The notes below the pieces were generated by a model. The model saw nothing but the letters and a program-made list of their open reading frames with translations, had not been told where the DNA came from and did not search any database. The position numbers were made by a program, and so were the translations under genes. From an uncultured Gammaproteobacteria bacterium (GTDB taxonomy: Bacteria > Pseudomonadota > Gammaproteobacteria > Steroidobacterales > Steroidobacteraceae), in contig CAWCJT010000009.1 of NCBI GenBank assembly GCA_963795975.1, positions 161,409 through 225,408 of the forward strand: 64,000 nucleotides of DNA, read 5' to 3'. Below, in pieces: positions 28,404 to 37,524 of this stretch. How positions within the stretch are numbered: the first letter of the stretch is position 1; each line of letters opens with the position of its first letter.

Positions 28404-29009
28404 TCAGCCACCCGGATCGGGGTCGAGGCGCAGCAGATCCTCCGGCTGATCGATGTCGATGGCGGCACTCGCGATCTTCACGCGTACCACGCGCTCGCGC
28501 TGCCGATGCAGCAGCGCCCGCGCGCCCTGGTCTCCGCGCAGCTCGCCGAGCGCCGCGAAGTCCGAGCGGGGAAAGATGACGGGCGCGCCCGTGACACCTT
28601 CGTACTGGGCCGCAACGATACTGTTGGGCTGCCTGCGCCAGGTGCCCGCAAGGCGCCTCAGATCATCCGCAGTGACGGCCACCTGGTCTGCAAGGAGCAG
28701 GAGCGCCGCATCACACGTCGGAGGCAGGCGCGCGATCCCGATGCGGATGGAGCTTGCGATCCCCTCGGGCCAATCGCGGTTCACGACGATCGTCGCAGGC
28801 GAGTGCCGCAGCAGCGGTGCAAGCTCCGCGGCATGCGCGCCGAGAACGATGGTCACCGCATGGCCGGCAATCTCCGTTGCGCGCGATATCACCAGGTGCA
28901 GAACGGGCCGGCCCTGGATGCGCACCAGTTGTTTCGGCGAACCGAATCGCGTGGAGGCGCCCGCAGCGAGCACGATCGCGTGCAGCTCCGGAGGAGACTC
29001 TGTGCTCAT
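28404..29009 (-). CDS. MocA-type nucleotidyltransferase (molybdenum cofactor cytidylyltransferase family)
   Basis: AIVLAAGASTRFGSPKQL... is the NTP_transf_3 N-terminal motif, and LLLADQV is also present. The ATG overlaps the stop of the upstream ORF (ATGA at 29006-29009). Confidence 0.75.
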   Translation of the reverse strand: MSTESPPELHAIVLAAGASTRFGSPKQLVRIQGRPVLHLVISRATEIAGHAVTIVLGAHAAELAPLLRHSPATIVVNRDWPEGIASSIRIGIARLPPTCDAALLLLADQVAVTADDLRRLAGTWRRQPNSIVAAQYEGVTGAPVIFPRSDFAALGELRGDQGARALLHRQRERVVRVKIASAAIDIDQPEDLLRLDPDPGG

Positions 29010-29506
29010 GCAGGCGTCGCCCGATTCCTGTCACGACGCAGCGCCATGAGCTGTGCAAAGCGCTGTCTTTCCTCGAGCATCGAGTCTGCATCGAATCGGG
29101 CGCTCTGGCGCCAGTCGGAAAGCACGAAATGCTGCTCCACGAGCGGTGTGACGAGCGCGCGCATGCGCTCCGAGATCTCGAGCGCCGCGCGCGCGGCGGC
29201 GGCTGTTTCGGGCGACTGCTCGAGCTGCGCGAGCTCAATTTCGCTCGCGCGTTTAAGCTCGGCCAGATTCTCGAGCGATACACGATCCTGCGGTGCGAGC
29301 GCTGCCTTGCGCGCGAGCTGCTGCGCCATCGCTGCAGAGCGGCTCACCGCTACCTGAGTGTATCGGATGATGTAATAATTATAAGACCTTGTTATTTCAG
29401 GAGTTAGGTCGCCAGAAATCTTCAAATCATCAAGCGCCTGCACGGCCTCACGCAGATGCGCGTGCTCCACTTCATGTTGTCGTCGGATCAGACCCGCTTC
29501 ATCCAT
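29006..29506 (-). CDS. hypothetical helical protein between xdhC and mocA (start uncertain: ATG 29506 or ATG 29329)
   Basis: The frame is open from 29749. ATG 29506 overlaps the xdhC stop by 8 nt. I recognise no family. The first 60 codons or so have many A/T-ending codons and include an AT-rich patch, so the real start may be ATG 29329. Confidence 0.4.
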   Translation of the reverse strand: MDEAGLIRRQHEVEHAHLREAVQALDDLKISGDLTPEITRSYNYYIIRYTQVAVSRSAAMAQQLARKAALAPQDRVSLENLAELKRASEIELAQLEQSPETAAAARAALEISERMRALVTPLVEQHFVLSDWRQSARFDADSMLEERQRFAQLMALRRDRNRATPA

Positions 29507-30602
29507 GACCGCTCGCCCGCTCATCATGGCTCGAATCATCGTATGGGCCGCCGCGCCGACCATGAAGCTGCGCATGGATTTCGGCAACGATGGACAGCGC
29601 GATCGATTGCGGTGCCCGGCCACCGAGGTCCAGCCCCACCGGCGAGCGCAGACGCGGCCGCAAGGATGATGCCGCCGCCCCGCCGAGGTCCGCGAGCAGG
29701 CGCTCGCGCCTTGCCGGCGGACCGAGTAACCCGAGATAGCGGATGTCACGTGTGCTCAGCAGCCGCAGGTACTCGAGGTCCGAGGTGAGATGGTGGCTCA
29801 TGACCACTGCAGCCTCGTACGTATCGAGCTCGACGAGTCGCGTCAGAGCCTGCGGGTCACCGAGCACGACGCGCGTTGCGGGCGCGAAGTGCTCGGCGCG
29901 TGCGTATGCGGGGCGGTGGTCGTACACGGTCACTTTCCATCCAAGTCGCGTGGCCAGATCGACCAACGGCATCGCATCGGGCCCCGCGCCGAGCAGCAGC
30001 AGTCGAGGGGGCAATGCAAGCGGAAGCACGAAGAGCTGTGAAGAATGGTCGATCGCGATCGTCTCGGCGCGACCCAACGTCGTCGCTCGGGTGAGCGCAG
30101 CGTCGATTTCCGCACTCTGCGGTTGGGTCGAGTGCTGCGCCGCGGACTGCGGCAGAAACACGCTGCCGAGTGCAAGGTGCGTTGCTGAGGAGTCTGTCAC
30201 GACGCCCACGGCGGTCGGGCGGTGTGCCGCGAGCGCGTTCGAGAGGTGCTCGAGCGGCTGCCAGTGCGTCTTCGGACCCACGCGCATGAGCAGAATCTGC
30301 ATCGCGCCTTCGCAGCCGATCCCCAGACCCCAGAGTGCATCGTCCGTGCCACGCATGTCGTAGCGGATCGTGCGCGACGTGCCACTTGAGATGACCTCGA
30401 GCGCATAGTCACGCAGGTCCGTCTCGAGACAGCCGCCTGAAAGCAGTCCCGCGAAGCTGCCATCCGATGCGATCGCCATGAGCGCGCCCGGCTTGCGGTA
30501 CGTCGATCCGATGGTGTGCACCACGATGGCGAGCGCCAGGGCGCGTCCGGCGGCACGCTCGCGCTGATATAGCGGCAGAAGAGGGGCGATCTCGGCTTCC
30601 AC
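29499..30602 (-). CDS. XdhC/CoxI family molybdoenzyme maturation (accessory) protein
   Basis: An XdhC_CoxI N-domain (ALAIVVHTIGSTYRKPGALMAI...SGGCLE) and a Rossmann-like XdhC_C domain (LLLLGAGPDAMPLVDLATRLGW.VTVYDHRP...SPVGLDLG) are present. The proposed GTG start at 30602 keeps clear of the divergent thrA promoter region. Confidence 0.8.
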   Translation of the reverse strand: MEAEIAPLLPLYQRERAAGRALALAIVVHTIGSTYRKPGALMAIASDGSFAGLLSGGCLETDLRDYALEVISSGTSRTIRYDMRGTDDALWGLGIGCEGAMQILLMRVGPKTHWQPLEHLSNALAAHRPTAVGVVTDSSATHLALGSVFLPQSAAQHSTQPQSAEIDAALTRATTLGRAETIAIDHSSQLFVLPLALPPRLLLLGAGPDAMPLVDLATRLGWKVTVYDHRPAYARAEHFAPATRVVLGDPQALTRLVELDTYEAAVVMSHHLTSDLEYLRLLSTRDIRYLGLLGPPARRERLLADLGGAAASSLRPRLRSPVGLDLGGRAPQSIALSIVAEIHAQLHGRRGGPYDDSSHDERASGHG

Positions 30603-30684
30603 GTGCGAATTATGCTTCAAGTTGCGCAGGCCCGACTGCGTCAGTACAGTCGCACGGCCTTTTTGCGGCCCAAAACTTGCACCG

Positions 30685-33219
30685 ATGAGCTCCTCCGCTT
30701 CCACCGACCGCTCGCAACAAACTGGGCGCCCGACTGCGGCTCAGGCGAACGCGTGGGCGGTCCACAAGTTCGGTGGCTCGAGCGTTGCGGATGCCGAGTG
30801 CTTCAAGGCTGTCGCGACGATCCTGGAAAGCCAGACCCAGAGCCGGCTCGGGGTCGTGCTCTCGGCGTGCCGCGGTGTGACGGATGCACTGCTGCGGCTG
30901 GTGTCGCTCGCGGAGCAGCAGGATCCGGCATATCAATCGGAATTGCAGGCCCTGCGCGAGCGACACGCAGAGATTGCGGAACAGTTGCTGAGCCGCGAGG
31001 CCGCCGGGCTCTATGTGGCCGCGATGCATCGCGACTGTCACGACATCGAAGGCATCCTGCATACGGTACAGCTCACGCGCTCGGCGGCCCGTAACGTCAC
31101 CGATCTGATTGCGGGTTACGGGGAGATCTGGTCGACCAAGCTGTTTCATCGCTTTTTCGAATCGCGCGGGCGGCGCCCGGGCGCCACGCAATGGCTCGAT
31201 GCGCGCCGGGTGATCGTCGTCGATTGGGGCGCACTCGGACCCGCGGTCCAATGGACCGAATCGCAGCAGAACCTCGCTCGCTGGGTCGAGCGCGACTTTC
31301 AGGGCACGCTGATCATTACCGGGTTCATCGCCTCGGACCGCCGTGGTGTGCAAACCACGCTGGGACGCAACGGCAGCGATTTCTCCGGTTCCATTTTCGG
31401 AGCGTTGCTCGATGCGGCGACGATCACGATCTGGACGGATGTCGATGGAGTGCTGTCGGCGGATCCCCGGCGGGTGCCGGGCGCGAAGGTGATCGATGCG
31501 CTCTCGTACAACGAGGCCATGGAGCTTGCGTACTTCGGTGCGAAAGTCATCCATCCGCAGACGATGGCGCCCGCCGTCGGGCGTGACATTCCGATCTGGA
31601 TTCGTAACACCTTCGCTCCCCAGAAGCCGGGCACGCTCATCTGCGCGCGCCCGCAGTCCGATCAGGTCGTCAAGGGAATCACGAGCATCGATCCCATCGC
31701 GCTCATCAACCTCGAGGGCGCCGGAATGATCGGGGTGCCGGGCACGGCGCATCGATTGTTTGGCGCGCTGCGCGAAGAGGGGATCTCGGTCATCTTGATC
31801 TCCCAGGGCAGCTCCGAGCACTCCATCTGCTGCGCGATCCCACGCGATCAGGCCGAGAGCGCGGCGGCCGTCGTGCGCGCTGCGTTCGATCGCGAGCTCA
31901 AGGGCGGACAGATCCAGAGCGTCGATGTCGATCCGCAGCTCGCCATTCTCGCCGTCGTCGGTGACGGGATGGCCGGCACACCCGGTGTCGCGGCCAAGCT
32001 TTTCAACGCGCTCGGCAAAGCGGGCGTGAACGTGCGCGCCATCGCGCAGGGCGCCTCCGAGCGCAATATCTCCGTCGTCATCGACGCAAAGCAGGCCACG
32101 CGTGCGCTGCGTGCGATACATGCCCGCTACTATCTGTCGCGCCACACGATCTCGATCGGCATCATCGGCCCCGGAACCGTGGGGCATGTGCTGCTCGATC
32201 AACTCGCCTCTCAGCAGGCGCGTCTGCGCGAGCAGTTTCAGCTCGATCTGCGGGTCCGGGGAATCATGACCTCGAAGCGCATGCTGCTGTCTGATCCGGG
32301 AATCGATCTTGAGCACTGGCGCACCGCGTTCGAGGGCGCGACGGATCCGGCCGACCTCGCACGCTTCGTCGAGCACGTGCACGCCGATCATCTGCCGCAC
32401 GCGGTTCTCATCGACTGCACCGCGAGCGAGGATGTCGCGCAGCACTACGCGACCTGGCTTGCAGCAGGCGTCCACATCGTCACGCCCAACAAGAAGGCGA
32501 ATAGCGCACCCTGGCACTCATACCGCGGCGTTCGCGAGGCGCGCCGTGCTTCGGGCACGCACTACCTCTATGAGGCGACGGTTGGCGCGGGATTGCCCGT
32601 CATCCATACACTGCGCGACCTGCGCGAGACGGGCGATGACATCTCGAGCATCGACGGCATCTTCTCCGGCACGCTTGCGTATCTGTTCAACGTCTACGAC
32701 GGCAAGAAGCCGTTCTCGGAGATCGTGCGCGAGGCCAAGCAGCGCGGCTACACCGAGCCGGATCCGCGCGATGACCTCTCGGGAATGGACGTCGCGCGCA
32801 AGCTCATCATCCTCGGACGCGAGATGGGTCTGGAGCTCGAGCTGCACGATGTCGAAGTCGAAAGTCTCGTGCCGCGCGAGCTGCAGCACGGTTCGAGCGA
32901 TGAGTTTCTGGCACGCCTGCCGCACTACGACGCAACGCTGCGCGATCGTCTGGAGTCCGCGCGCGCCCGCGGTCGGGTGCTGCGCTACGTCGGCCGCTTG
33001 ACCGCGGACGGAAAAGCGACGGTTGGTCTCGTCGAGCTCGAAGAGACGCATCCGTTTGCCAACATCGCGCTCACCGACAACGTCGTACGCTTCACGACCG
33101 GCCGCTACTGCGACAATGCGCTCATCGTGCAGGGACCGGGCGCGGGTCCGGAGGTGACGGCGGGCGGCGTGTTCGCAGACCTGCTGCGCCTGGCTTCCTA
33201 TCTGGGTGCGCGACTGTGA
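30685..33219 (+). CDS. thrA: bifunctional aspartokinase / homoserine dehydrogenase
   Basis: WAVHKFGGSSVADAE (aspartokinase N-terminus), the VLSACRGVTDALL and LGRNGSDFSGSIFGA motifs, ACT regions, then the homoserine dehydrogenase part (IGIIGPGTVGHVLL...ATVGAGLPVIHTLRDL...GIFSGTLAY). The 844 codons from ATG 30685 are intact. Confidence 0.95.
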   Translation: MSSSASTDRSQQTGRPTAAQANAWAVHKFGGSSVADAECFKAVATILESQTQSRLGVVLSACRGVTDALLRLVSLAEQQDPAYQSELQALRERHAEIAEQLLSREAAGLYVAAMHRDCHDIEGILHTVQLTRSAARNVTDLIAGYGEIWSTKLFHRFFESRGRRPGATQWLDARRVIVVDWGALGPAVQWTESQQNLARWVERDFQGTLIITGFIASDRRGVQTTLGRNGSDFSGSIFGALLDAATITIWTDVDGVLSADPRRVPGAKVIDALSYNEAMELAYFGAKVIHPQTMAPAVGRDIPIWIRNTFAPQKPGTLICARPQSDQVVKGITSIDPIALINLEGAGMIGVPGTAHRLFGALREEGISVILISQGSSEHSICCAIPRDQAESAAAVVRAAFDRELKGGQIQSVDVDPQLAILAVVGDGMAGTPGVAAKLFNALGKAGVNVRAIAQGASERNISVVIDAKQATRALRAIHARYYLSRHTISIGIIGPGTVGHVLLDQLASQQARLREQFQLDLRVRGIMTSKRMLLSDPGIDLEHWRTAFEGATDPADLARFVEHVHADHLPHAVLIDCTASEDVAQHYATWLAAGVHIVTPNKKANSAPWHSYRGVREARRASGTHYLYEATVGAGLPVIHTLRDLRETGDDISSIDGIFSGTLAYLFNVYDGKKPFSEIVREAKQRGYTEPDPRDDLSGMDVARKLIILGREMGLELELHDVEVESLVPRELQHGSSDEFLARLPHYDATLRDRLESARARGRVLRYVGRLTADGKATVGLVELEETHPFANIALTDNVVRFTTGRYCDNALIVQGPGAGPEVTAGGVFADLLRLASYLGARL

Positions 33220-34151
33220 GCGTGAGCAGCGCCACGGCTTTCGCCCCGGCTTCGGTCGGCAATGTCGCGATCGGCTTCGACATCCTGGGATTCGCGGTCG
33301 ATGCGCTCGGTGATCGGGTGACCGTGGCGCGCTCGGACGCAAAGGGCGTCCGCATCACCCGTATCGACGGCGCACAGGTCGAGCTGCCTCTCGAGCCGGA
33401 GCGCAACACCGCGGGGCGCGCGCTGCTTGCGATGCACGGTGCACTGGGTCTGGATTTCGGGCTCACGATGAGCATCGAGAAGGGCATACCGCTTGGTTCC
33501 GGGCTCGGCGGCTCGGCCGCCTCGGCCGTGGCTGCGGTGGTCGCGGCGAATGCGCTTCTCGAGCGGCCGTGCTCGAAGCTGCAGCTGCTGAAGTTCGCGA
33601 TGGAGGGTGAGGCCGTGGCAAGCGGCTCGCTGCACGTCGACAATATCGCCCCCTCACTCTTTGGCGGCCTCGTCCTCACCGTCGGAATCGATCACCCGCG
33701 AGTGAAGCAGATTCCCGTACCGAGCGCCGTGCGGGCCGTCATCGCCCATCCGCATATGTTTCTCTCGACGAAGCAGGCACGCGCCATCCTGCGCCGCAGT
33801 GTCGACCTGTCGGATTTCGTGTGGCAGACGGCCAATCTGGCCGGCTTCATCTCCGGCTGCTACACCAACGACCTGGACATGATCCGAGCCTCGTTCGAGG
33901 ACGTGGTGATCGAGCCGCAACGGCAGGCTTTGATCCCGGGTTTTGCCGACGTGCGCCAGGCAGCCATGTCGGCCGGCGCGCTCGGCTGCTCGATCTCAGG
34001 CGCAGGACCGGCCATGTTCGCCTGGGCCCTCGCTCCATGCGCCGAAGCCGTGCGCGCGGAAATGCGCCGCACCTTTACGCGCCACGCGATTCAGGTCGAC
34101 GATTGGATCGTCGAGATGGATTCGCCCGGCGCACGCACCCTTTCCGCATGA
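33216..34151 (+). CDS. thrB: homoserine kinase
   Basis: It is GHMP kinase-like: PASVGNVAIGFDILG...IEKGIPLGSGLGGSAASAVAAVVA. The GTG start overlaps the thrA stop (GTGA). Confidence 0.9.
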   Translation: MSVSSATAFAPASVGNVAIGFDILGFAVDALGDRVTVARSDAKGVRITRIDGAQVELPLEPERNTAGRALLAMHGALGLDFGLTMSIEKGIPLGSGLGGSAASAVAAVVAANALLERPCSKLQLLKFAMEGEAVASGSLHVDNIAPSLFGGLVLTVGIDHPRVKQIPVPSAVRAVIAHPHMFLSTKQARAILRRSVDLSDFVWQTANLAGFISGCYTNDLDMIRASFEDVVIEPQRQALIPGFADVRQAAMSAGALGCSISGAGPAMFAWALAPCAEAVRAEMRRTFTRHAIQVDDWIVEMDSPGARTLSA

Positions 34152-34170
34152 ACTGCGAAGCGAAGGCGTC

Positions 34171-35505
34171 ATGAGCGGCCCGGGTTTCGTGAGTACGCGC
34201 GATGCGGCGCGCTCGGTCACGTTTGCCGAAGCGCTCGTGCAGGGACTTGCCCCGGATGGCGGTTTGTACGTTCCGAGCGAATGGCCCCATCTCGATGCGA
34301 CGGCGGTTGCGGCCCGCACGGCCGGCACAGCGCCCATCACCTCGGGGCCGGGCCTCGCCAGGCTCGCACAAGTGATGCTCGAGCCATTCATCGCCCGCAG
34401 CACACTCGCGCCTGCGCTGCGCGAGATCGCTCAGGAGGCCTTCAGTTTCGATGCGCCGCTCGTGCAACTCGAGCCTGGGAATCGCCTGAGCGTGCTCGAG
34501 CTGTTTCACGGGCCCACGGCGGCGTTCAAGGACTTTGGTGCACGTTTTCTGGCGGCATGCCTCGCGCGGCTGCGGGTCGGTGTGACACGCCCACTACGCA
34601 TCCTCGTTGCGACCTCCGGAGACACGGGCGGTGCGGTCGCCGCCGCGTTCCACCGGCGCACCGGGATCGGCGTGGACGTCCTCTTTCCAAAGGGCCTCGT
34701 CTCGCCGACTCAGCAGCATCAGCTCACTTGCTGGGGCGAGAACGTGCAGGCATTCGCGGTGCGCGGCACGTTCGATGACTGTCAGCGGCTGGTGAAGGAG
34801 GCGTTCCTCGATCGTTCTCTGCGCGAGCGTTATGATTTGTCTTCAGCCAACAGCATCAACCTCGGGCGTTTGCTGCCCCAGGCCGTTTACTATGGCGCCG
34901 CGAGCTTGGAGATCTGGCGCGCTCAGGGTGAGCCCGCATCCTTCGTCGTTCCGAGCGGAAACCTCGGCAACGCGCTCGCCTGCGTCTGGGCACGCAAGCT
35001 CGGACTGCCGATCACGGACATCGTGCTCGCGCACAATGCGAACCGGACGGTGCCGGACTATCTGGCGACGGGTGAGTGGCGCCCGCGGCCGAGCATCGCG
35101 ACACTCGCATCGGCTATGGACGTAGGAAATCCCAGCAACATGGAGCGCCTGAACGCACTGTTCTCATCTGCGGCAAGCCTGCGCGGCGCTCTCACCGCCG
35201 ACACGGTGGATGATGCGCAGATCCGGGCGCGCATTCGGACGGCGTTCGCGGATTATGGCCAGATCTGGTGTCCGCATACGGCCACCGCGGGCGAGGTCTA
35301 CGCGCGACTGCCCGTCGAGCGCCGCGCGTCGCGCCGCTGGGTGCTCGTCGCCACGGCGCATCCGGCCAAATTCCGTGAAATCGTCGAGCCGCTGGTCGAG
35401 CGCGAGGTGCCCTTGCCGAGCTCGCTCGCGCAGCTTTTCCGACGGCCGGTGCACTGCACCGAGCTCGCTCCAGAGCTTGCGGCGCTGCGCGGAGCACTCA
35501 CTTGA
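34171..35505 (+). CDS. thrC: threonine synthase
   Basis: FVSTRDAARSVTFAEALVQGLAPDGGLYVP...LELFHGPTAAFKDFGARF...VATSGDTGGAV is present. ATG is at 34171 and the frame is intact. Confidence 0.93.
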   Translation: MSGPGFVSTRDAARSVTFAEALVQGLAPDGGLYVPSEWPHLDATAVAARTAGTAPITSGPGLARLAQVMLEPFIARSTLAPALREIAQEAFSFDAPLVQLEPGNRLSVLELFHGPTAAFKDFGARFLAACLARLRVGVTRPLRILVATSGDTGGAVAAAFHRRTGIGVDVLFPKGLVSPTQQHQLTCWGENVQAFAVRGTFDDCQRLVKEAFLDRSLRERYDLSSANSINLGRLLPQAVYYGAASLEIWRAQGEPASFVVPSGNLGNALACVWARKLGLPITDIVLAHNANRTVPDYLATGEWRPRPSIATLASAMDVGNPSNMERLNALFSSAASLRGALTADTVDDAQIRARIRTAFADYGQIWCPHTATAGEVYARLPVERRASRRWVLVATAHPAKFREIVEPLVEREVPLPSSLAQLFRRPVHCTELAPELAALRGALT

Positions 35506-36113
35506 GCCTGCTCGGGAACCTGCCACCGCTCACCTGGGTGCTCGTGGTGTGTGCCGTCGTGCTCGGCTGGGGGCTGTCCTGGGTGTGGCGCTGGTATCGG
35601 CGCCTGCGCGCGCGCAAAGCGCTTCTCTCGACGATCACCGCGGTGGGAGCGGACCATCTGATCGATGTGCTCGTTCCGGATGGCATGGGCGGGTTCTTTC
35701 ACGTCGATTTCCTGCTCCTGACGCCACGCGGTGTCGTCGTCCTCGACTTGCGCGATGTGAGCGGCAACGTCTTTGGCGGCGATCAGATGAACGAGTGGAC
35801 CGTGATGGATGGAGCGCAGCGCTATACGTTCGTGAATCCCTTAAGCGCGCTCTACGATCGCATCGCCGCCGTGAAAGCCTTGAGCGGTGACATGCCGGTC
35901 GAGGGCCGGATCGTCTTCACCCGCCGCGCCAAGTTCCCCAAGGGACTTCCCAAGTGGACCTTGATGGTGGACTCGCTGGGCTCGGACTTCCCGACCATCG
36001 AGCGAGGACTCATGGCCGGAATCACCGAGCGCTTCGGAACGGATTGGCAGAACATCAAGGCCTCGGTGACACCGAGCTCGATGACGCAGGTGCGTCCGGC
36101 CGCTGCGCCGTAA
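35502..36113 (+). CDS. membrane-anchored NERD (nuclease-related domain) protein
   Basis: An N-terminal TM (LPPLTWVLVVCAVVLGWGLSWVW) is followed by a NERD-like core HLIDVLVPDGMGGFFHVDFLLLTPRGVVVLDLRDVSGNVFG. The TTG start overlaps the thrC stop (TTGA at 35502-35505). Confidence 0.6.
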   Translation: MSLLGNLPPLTWVLVVCAVVLGWGLSWVWRWYRRLRARKALLSTITAVGADHLIDVLVPDGMGGFFHVDFLLLTPRGVVVLDLRDVSGNVFGGDQMNEWTVMDGAQRYTFVNPLSALYDRIAAVKALSGDMPVEGRIVFTRRAKFPKGLPKWTLMVDSLGSDFPTIERGLMAGITERFGTDWQNIKASVTPSSMTQVRPAAAP

Positions 36114-37524
36114 CGCCGGCCTGCGCGGCCTGATCGGCCAGCACGAGCGCGACACAGCAGGTCAGGCGCTTGGCGTAATCGATGTGCAGGAACTCGTTCG
36201 GGCCATGCGCATTCGACTGCGGCCCGAGCACACCCGTCACGAAGAACTGCGTGCGCGGGAAGCGCTGGCCCAGCATCCCCATGAAGGGAATCGTCCCGCC
36301 CGCGCCCACGTGCACGGCCTCACGCGCGAAGAGCGCCTGCGAGGCGCTTTGCAACGCGCGCTCAAGCCAGGGCGCGAAGGGCGGCGCATTCCAGCCACCG
36401 GCACCCGGCTCGGCCTCGAAGCGCACCTGCGCACCATAAGGCGGATCGTGCTCGAGCGCGCGTCGCAGGGCGGTGCCGGCGCGCCCGGGATCACAGGTCG
36501 GCGGCAGGCGCAGCGATAGCTTCAACGTGATCACAGGCAGCAGTACGTTGCCGGCCGATGCAATCGGCGGCAGCCCTTCGGCTCCGGTCACGGCGAGCGT
36601 CGCGCGCCAGGTGCTGTTGATGAGGAGCTCGACCGGGTCGTTCGAGAGGGGGTGCGTCCCGGCTGCGAACGGAATCTTGCCCGCGACGCCGGCGCCGAGG
36701 ACGCGAGCCGCGGAGCGGATTTGCGCGCGGCGATCCTCGGGGATCACGGCGTGCAGCTCATCGAGCAGGATCTCGCCGGTCACGACGTTCTCGATGCGCG
36801 CGAGGATTTGTTCGAGCAGACGAAACGGTGTCGGAGCGATCCCGGTCGCGAGGCCCGAATGAACGCCTTCGGTCAGCACGCGAACCTCGAGCTGGCCCGT
36901 GAGGTTGCCGCGCAAGGAGGTGGTGCACCACAGCTGCTCGTAGTTGCCGCACTCCGCATCCAGACACACGACGAGCGCCGGATCGCCGATGGCATCACCG
37001 AGCGCATCGAGGTGCGCGGGCAAGTCGATGCTGCCACTTTCCTCCGAGGCTTCGATCAGAAGCACGCAGCGCGGGAGCCGCACGCCCTGCGCTTTGAGCG
37101 CCACGATCGCTGCGAGCGAGCTGAAGGCGGCGTAGCCATCGTCCGCTCCACCGCGGCCATAGAGCTTGCCGTCGCGGATGACGGGCTCCCACGGGGACAG
37201 TCCCGGCAACCAACCCGTGAACTCCGGTTGCTTATCGAGATGTCCGTAGAGCAGCACCGATCCCGGCAGATCACCCGGCACATCGACGAACAGCAAAGGC
37301 GTGCGCTCTGGAATACGCCGCACTTCGACCTGCAGGCCCGCGATCGGTTGGGCGCGACACCATTCGGCCACCAGGCCCACGGCACGTTCCATATGGCCGT
37401 GATGGCTCCATTCCCGATCGAACACCGGTGAGCGATTGGGGATGCGCACGTACGCCTGAAGGTGCTCCAGAATGGAATCATCCCAGTGGTGCGCGATGTC
37501 GCGACGGAGTCTTGCGAGGTCCAT
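36055..37524 (-). CDS. M20 family metallopeptidase (dipeptidase/ArgE-DapE-like)
   Basis: VLLYGHLDKQPE...GRGGADDGYAAFSSL...LIEASEESGS...GAGGTIPFM is the M20 metal-ligand pattern. ATG is at 37524. The Ser/Pro-rich tail overlaps the NERD gene by 59 nt. Confidence 0.82.
   Translation of the reverse strand: MDLARLRRDIAHHWDDSILEHLQAYVRIPNRSPVFDREWSHHGHMERAVGLVAEWCRAQPIAGLQVEVRRIPERTPLLFVDVPGDLPGSVLLYGHLDKQPEFTGWLPGLSPWEPVIRDGKLYGRGGADDGYAAFSSLAAIVALKAQGVRLPRCVLLIEASEESGSIDLPAHLDALGDAIGDPALVVCLDAECGNYEQLWCTTSLRGNLTGQLEVRVLTEGVHSGLATGIAPTPFRLLEQILARIENVVTGEILLDELHAVIPEDRRAQIRSAARVLGAGVAGKIPFAAGTHPLSNDPVELLINSTWRATLAVTGAEGLPPIASAGNVLLPVITLKLSLRLPPTCDPGRAGTALRRALEHDPPYGAQVRFEAEPGAGGWNAPPFAPWLERALQSASQALFAREAVHVGAGGTIPFMGMLGQRFPRTQFFVTGVLGPQSNAHGPNEFLHIDYAKRLTCCVALVLADQAAQAGVTAQRPDAPASSSSVSPRP

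Noticed and set aside
30603-30684. A possible thr-operon leader/attenuator upstream of thrA (hairpin CGACTG-N8-CAGTCG followed by GGCCTTTTTGCGGCC).
   Set aside because: There is no short leader ORF rich in Thr/Ile codons. The stems are only 4-6 bp. The whole divergent gap is 82 nt and must also hold two promoters.
30610-32517. A 635-codon minus-strand ORF, the longest minus-strand call in this part of the window.
   Set aside because: It lies entirely antisense to thrA, whose product is unmistakable. The translation is Arg/Ala/Gly/Asp-rich with no recognisable motifs. It is a typical stop-free shadow frame in GC-rich DNA.
36055-36113. Convergent 3'-end overlaps (M20/NERD 59 nt, mazG/ALDH 31 nt, cysB/DUF934 37 nt, HK/Lrp 38 nt), considered as hints of further hidden frameshifts.
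   Set aside because: Stop codons are rare in this composition, so extended tails and convergent overlaps are expected. The conserved cores of these genes are intact, and I cannot show a frame change.
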